Assembly: GCA_963842525.1 (NCBI GenBank)
Contig: CAWJGT010000004.1
Span: 128,001 to 192,000 of the forward strand
Direction of reading: 5' to 3'
Length of the DNA: 64,000 nt
From: an uncultured Holophagales bacterium
GTDB taxonomy: Bacteria; Acidobacteriota; Thermoanaerobaculia; Multivoradales; UBA5704
Shown here: piece by piece, positions 59,700-64,000 of the stretch
How positions within the stretch are numbered: the stretch's first letter is position 1
Layout: every line of letters begins with the position of its first letter
Program-made: the position numbers and the translations under genes
The notes under the pieces: model-generated
The model's input: only the letters and a program-made list of their open reading frames with translations
Database searches by the model: none
Told to the model about the DNA's origin: nothing

Positions 59700-61102
59700 C
59701 CTCCTCCCTCGTCCTCACCCTCGTCGTCGCGGGCGCAGCGAAGCCCGAGCTTCCTCATCTTGTAGCGCAGCGCGCGCTCGGAGATCCCGAGCCGCACGGC
59801 CGCGCGGGACTGGTGGCCCTCCTCCAGGGCCAGCGCCTTCTCGATGGCGGCGTGCTCCAGGGCCGCCACCCGGCGCGGCAGAGGGGCGTCCTCTCCGCAA
59901 TCGCCGTTGCGGTCGGTCCCCGGCGCGCGGCCGTCGAGCTCGGGCGGCAGGTCTGCCGTGGTCACGAGGTCGCCCCGGGCGAGCACGAGGCTGCGCTGGA
60001 CGATGTTCTCGAGCTGGCGGACATTGCCCGGGTAGTCGTAGGCGATGAGGCGGTCCATGGCCTCGCGGGAGACCTGCCGCCGCGCTCCCACCGCGGCGGC
60101 GTAGCGGGTCAGGAAATGATCGACCAGCAGCGGGATGTCGGCGCGGCGCCGGCGCAAGGGCGGGACCTCCAGGGTGACCACGGCGAGCCGGTAGTAGAGG
60201 TCGTCCCGGAAGCGGCCCGCCGTCACCTCGGCGGGGAGGTCGCGGTGCGTGGCCGCCACGATCCGCACGTCCACCGGGACCGGCTCGGCGGCGCCGACCC
60301 GTTCGATGGACCCCTCCTGGAGCACGCGCAGGAGCTTCACCTGCATCTCCGGCGGCAGGTCGCCCACCTCGTCGAGGAAGAACGTGCCGCCGGAGGCGAT
60401 CTCGAAACGCCCCTTGCGAGACCGGTCGGCGCCGGTGAAGGCGCCCTTCTCGTGACCGAAGAGCTCGCTTTCGAGGAGAGTCGGGGAGAGGGAGGCGCCG
60501 TTGACCGCCACAAAGGGGCCGGCGGCGCGCGGGCTCGCGGCGTGGAGGGCGCGGGCGATCAGCTCCTTGCCGGTCCCGCTCTCGCCGAGGACCAACACCG
60601 GCACCCGGGAGGGAGCCACGCGCGCCACGGTCGAGAGGATCTCGGCCATGGTGCCGCCGGCGGTGACGATCCCCGGCAGCGATTCGATCTGGCCCACCCG
60701 GAGCCGCAGCTCCCGGTTCTCCCGCCGCAGGTGCCGGCGCTCCACGGCCAGCCGCAGCACGTGCTCGACCTCGTCCAGGTCCAGCGGCTTCAAGAGATAG
60801 TCGGCCGCGCCCTCCTTGAGGCACGAGACCGCGTCGGGGACCGTGGCATAGGCGGTGACGATCACCACTTCGACCTCGGGGTTCGCCTCCTTGACCGCGC
60901 GCAGCAGCTCGCGGCCTCCCATCCGGGGCATGCGGACATCCGTCAGGACCACGTCCGGCAGGCTCCGCCGGACCAGGTCCAGCGCCTGCCGGCCGTCCCC
61001 GGCTTCCAGCACCTCGGCGTCCAGATCGCGCAGGAAGCCGGCCAGCACGCCGCGCTGGGCCGGCTCGTCGTCCACCACCAGGATGCGCGCCGCGAGCCTC
61101 AT
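59696..61102 (-). CDS. Sigma54-dependent response regulator (NtrC/ZraR type)
   Basis: ILVVDDE receiver, [20 protein letters not shown] and Fis HTH. Confidence 0.94.
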   Translation of the reverse strand: MRLAARILVVDDEPAQRGVLAGFLRDLDAEVLEAGDGRQALDLVRRSLPDVVLTDVRMPRMGGRELLRAVKEANPEVEVVIVTAYATVPDAVSCLKEGAADYLLKPLDLDEVEHVLRLAVERRHLRRENRELRLRVGQIESLPGIVTAGGTMAEILSTVARVAPSRVPVLVLGESGTGKELIARALHAASPRAAGPFVAVNGASLSPTLLESELFGHEKGAFTGADRSRKGRFEIASGGTFFLDEVGDLPPEMQVKLLRVLQEGSIERVGAAEPVPVDVRIVAATHRDLPAEVTAGRFRDDLYYRLAVVTLEVPPLRRRRADIPLLVDHFLTRYAAAVGARRQVSREAMDRLIAYDYPGNVRQLENIVQRSLVLARGDLVTTADLPPELDGRAPGTDRNGDCGEDAPLPRRVAALEHAAIEKALALEEGHQSRAAVRLGISERALRYKMRKLGLRCARDDEGEDEGGG

Positions 61103-62745
61103 GCCACAGTCCTCTCTGCGCCTTGGACGGAGCGGATGGGGATTTCCAGGACCGCCTCGACCCCGCCGCCGGGGTGATTGCGCAGCCGGCAGCGTCCGCC
61201 GTGCTCCTCGGCGACGCGCCGGACGAGCGCGAGCCCGAGGCCGGTCCCCTCGGCGCGGGTGGTGACGAAGGCATCGAAGGCGCGCTCGCCGAGCCCGGGA
61301 TCGAGCCCGCCGCCATGGTCGCGGACGACGACCCGCGCCATGCCCTCGGTCTCCTCGACCGCCACCTCCACCCGGCCGCCGGGCGGGCTGGCCTGGAGGG
61401 CGTTGCGCACCAGGTTGACCAGGGCGCCGCGCACCGCCTCGACGTCGGCGAGGATCACAGCCTGCCCCCACGGGCCATCAGCCGGTGCTTCTATGAAGAT
61501 ACCGCGGCCCGCGGCCTCGAGCTCCAGGGTGGCCAGGGCCTCGCGGGTGAGCTGCGCCAGGTCGGCGTCTTCCCGCGGGCCGGAGGACGGGCGCGCCAGG
61601 TCCAGGAATTCCTTGAGCTTCGCCTCCAGGCGGGAGACCTCCTGGCGGATCAGCGCGGCGAGCTGCCGCGTCCGCTCCTCCGGGGCCGACAGGCGCTCGA
61701 TCCGCTGGGCGGCCATGCCGATGCCGTTCAACGGATTGCGCACCTCGTGGGCCAGGCCGGCGGCGATCGCTCCCGCGGCGGCCAGCCGCTCGCCGCGCCG
61801 GCGGTCCTCCTCGAGCTCGGCGAAGCGGCGCCGGCTCTCCTCCCGCTCCCGGGCCCGGGCGCGCTGTACCAGCGTGAAGCCGGCGCTCGACAGGCCGAAG
61901 GCGGCGAGGACCAGACCCACCAGCACGGTGCGCCGCAGGGCCGAGGCGGCCGAGCGCCGCAGCGGCTCGCCGTTGAGCCCCACCCGCAGCGATGCCTCGC
62001 GGCCGGCCGGTGAGGAGACCGGCACCGCCACCTCGAAGACCGGCCGGTCCCGCAGCACGGTCGTGGGAGCGGGAGGGACCGGCTGCCCGTCCCAGCTCGC
62101 CTCGGCCCGTACGTCTCCCGGGTGTTCCTCGTAGACCAGGTAGAGGACCGCGCGGGTGTCGACCAGGCGGTGCAGGAGGTTGGCGGTGCCGATCTGGCGG
62201 GTGAAGGCGTACGCCCGTGCGGGCGACGCCAGGACGGCCACGGCGCCGCCGTCCCGGGTGGCCACGGCCGCCGCGAGATGCTCCGCCTCGCTCGCAGCAC
62301 CCAGGATCAGCTCGTCAGCTTCGCCCCGAAGGACCGGCGCGAGGCGGGCACGGAGCGCGGCCTCGTCGACCGGCCGGCCGGTCCGCTGAAGGACCCCGCC
62401 GCCGGGTGCGAGCACGACGACGGTCTCGAGCCCGTTCTCCTCGGCGAGCGTCGCGAGCTCGCCGGCGGGGTCCTCCGGCGGGCCGGCCGGCCGGGAGCGG
62501 GCTTCCAGGCGGGCAAGGAGACGGGCGTTGTCCAGCAGCTTCCAGGAGAGCAGCTCGTCGAGCTCGCGGGCGGCGGCCGATGCAGAGGCCAGGGCGGGTC
62601 CGAGGGTATGGGCCAGGAGGGCGGCCTCCGCGCGCAACGCCTCCTCGACCTCGCGTTGCTGGCTGCGGACCTCCGACAAGGCCCACAGCGCAAGAGCGGG
62701 GACCAGAAGAACCGCCAGGAAGCTCCAGAAGCGGGCGCGGCGCAT
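61099..62745 (-). CDS. Membrane sensor histidine kinase
   Basis: Two TMs, AHEVRNPL, NLVRNA, DHGGG and GTGLGL motifs. Confidence 0.92.
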   Translation of the reverse strand: MRRARFWSFLAVLLVPALALWALSEVRSQQREVEEALRAEAALLAHTLGPALASASAAARELDELLSWKLLDNARLLARLEARSRPAGPPEDPAGELATLAEENGLETVVVLAPGGGVLQRTGRPVDEAALRARLAPVLRGEADELILGAASEAEHLAAAVATRDGGAVAVLASPARAYAFTRQIGTANLLHRLVDTRAVLYLVYEEHPGDVRAEASWDGQPVPPAPTTVLRDRPVFEVAVPVSSPAGREASLRVGLNGEPLRRSAASALRRTVLVGLVLAAFGLSSAGFTLVQRARAREREESRRRFAELEEDRRRGERLAAAGAIAAGLAHEVRNPLNGIGMAAQRIERLSAPEERTRQLAALIRQEVSRLEAKLKEFLDLARPSSGPREDADLAQLTREALATLELEAAGRGIFIEAPADGPWGQAVILADVEAVRGALVNLVRNALQASPPGGRVEVAVEETEGMARVVVRDHGGGLDPGLGERAFDAFVTTRAEGTGLGLALVRRVAEEHGGRCRLRNHPGGGVEAVLEIPIRSVQGAERTVA

Positions 62746-62816
62746 GACTCGTGGATAGCCGGACCGATCGTAGCACGGCGGCCGGACCCGGAGCCTTCCG
62801 AGCCCGGCCCCTCCGC

Positions 62817-63233
62817 CTACCGCGGCCGGGTGACCTCGATCCTCACCAGGTCGCTGTCGGTGAAATCGGACGGGGTCTCCCCGACCAGGCCGATGTGGTA
62901 GACCCCCGGCCGGATCCGGGTGGGCAGCAGCAGCCGGTTGACACCGGTGATCGTCCGGCCCGGCTCGATCTGGGCGACCGCCCTGTTGAGCTGCATGCGA
63001 TCGCCGTTCTCGCCGACGAGCACCCAGGACAGGATGAACCCGCGCGCCGGGTCGCCGCAATTCGTGACGCTCGCCTCCACGACGATCAGGGACCCGGCAG
63101 GAGCCGAGTCCGGCGCCCGCAGCACCTCCACCTCCACGCACTGGTGTGCCCGTGCGGCTGTCGCCGCCACCAGGAGAGCCAGGACCGCGCCGGCGATCCG
63201 CCCCGAGATCTTTCTTCTGTCGTCCCGCAGCAT
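62817..63233 (-). CDS. Small secreted Ig-like protein
   Basis: Purine-rich RBS, signal peptide ending ARA, beta-rich with PGVYHI and 2 Cys. Confidence 0.7.
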   Translation of the reverse strand: MLRDDRRKISGRIAGAVLALLVAATAARAHQCVEVEVLRAPDSAPAGSLIVVEASVTNCGDPARGFILSWVLVGENGDRMQLNRAVAQIEPGRTITGVNRLLLPTRIRPGVYHIGLVGETPSDFTDSDLVRIEVTRPR

Positions 63234-63309
63234 CTTCCTTTCCCCTTTCCGAAGAGGGCCTCGTGCGGCCCGGGTTGAGGAGCATCGATGCGTCCGGACT
63301 CCGCCTGTC

Positions 63310-63325
63310 GCAACTGCGATGCCAA
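63310..63325 (-). promoter_or_regulatory. Sigma54 -24/-12 promoter
   Basis: TTGGCATCGCAGTTGC matches TGGCAC-N5-TTGC; dyad at 63393-63445 upstream is a candidate enhancer. Confidence 0.75.
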
Positions 63326-63656
63326 GGTCGGATAAAGAACGCAAACCACGTATTCATAGCGGTTTACGAGCAGGACGGCAGGCATGGAAGGACGGCGGTT
63401 CGACGGTTTCGTTGAACCGGACCGTCAGTTTCGTCGAGCCCGCCGCGAATCAAGTGGAGCGAGAGCCGATCTCGGCCATTTCCATTCAGCAGTTCAGGGA
63501 GAAAAGAGGAAACAGTTGCCGTCGACAGGTTTTCCGCGGCGCCCTTCTCACTCGGAAAGGTACCGTCCATCCGACACTTCCGTTGCTTCGAGTCGACTTT
63601 GTCCACCGCTCGATGTCAAACTTTGCTTGTTCTCGCGACGAGGGGGAAATGGCCGC

Positions 63657-63884
63657 ATGCCGACGTCCGACCGCCCGACCCGACAGGAGCTGGAGCTGCT
63701 CCTGCGTCATCTCGGTCCCGAGATCGCCCGCATCTTTCGGCGCCACGGGATCTCCGAGGACGAGGCGCAGCTCTTCGTGGGCGAAGCTCTGGCCGAGCTC
63801 ACGAGGAAGTGGGGGAGGGTGAAGAACCGCGAGCGGTGGTTTCTGCGGAGTCTGGCGGAGAGGGCGGGGGCCTCGCGCCCCTGA
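63657..63884 (+). CDS. 75-aa protein resembling an isolated ECF sigma region 2
   Basis: IFRRHGISEDEAQLFVGEAL...KW..VKNRERWF pattern. Confidence 0.5.
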   Translation: MPTSDRPTRQELELLLRHLGPEIARIFRRHGISEDEAQLFVGEALAELTRKWGRVKNRERWFLRSLAERAGASRP

Positions 63885-63946
63885 CTCTCTCCATTCTGCC
63901 CGGCCGCGTATAAGCTTGCCGCCCGGCCCTGCCGGAAGGAGGAGAC

Positions 63947-64000
63947 ATGCCCACGGCCGACGTGGTGATCTGCGGCGCCGGGATCGCCGGCATCTCCGCG
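63947..64000 (+). CDS. FAD-dependent oxidoreductase, N-terminus only (runs off the window edge)
   Basis: AGGAGG RBS; DVVICGAGIAGISA Rossmann motif. Confidence 0.85.
   Translation, partial: MPTADVVICGAGIAGISA

Overview
GC-rich bacterial chromosomal segment with no rRNA, tRNA, CRISPR array, integrase or transposase. The gene families and style suggest Acidobacteriota/Thermoanaerobaculia (inference). It holds about 45 genes: many peptidases (S51, PA-metallo, S1, M3, two M1, CHAT, papain-like, M50, M16 pair), two Ser/Thr kinases, signal-transduction genes, and an EF-G2/EF-P locus. Several 1-bp frameshifts, including one in efp, are probably read errors. Two accessory inserts stand out, and both are bounded by diverged copies of neighbouring host sequence. 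(1) 13.2-16.0 kb encodes a small secreted peptide with two D-A-G-N-x-x-D-P-[ND]-G repeats next to a zinc-motif/TPR/Fis-HTH regulator with an upstream palindrome; this is a candidate Rap-Phr/RRNPP-like peptide signalling pair. (2) 28.1-35.0 kb holds a translationally coupled operon of TPR-CHAT protease, Cys-rich unknown protein and secreted papain-like protease, converging on two stand-alone TIR genes. Intergenic DNA carries several REP-like families, two MITE-like elements with shared terminal inverted repeats, and two degenerate palindromic tandem arrays with 19-bp and 21/42-bp periods.
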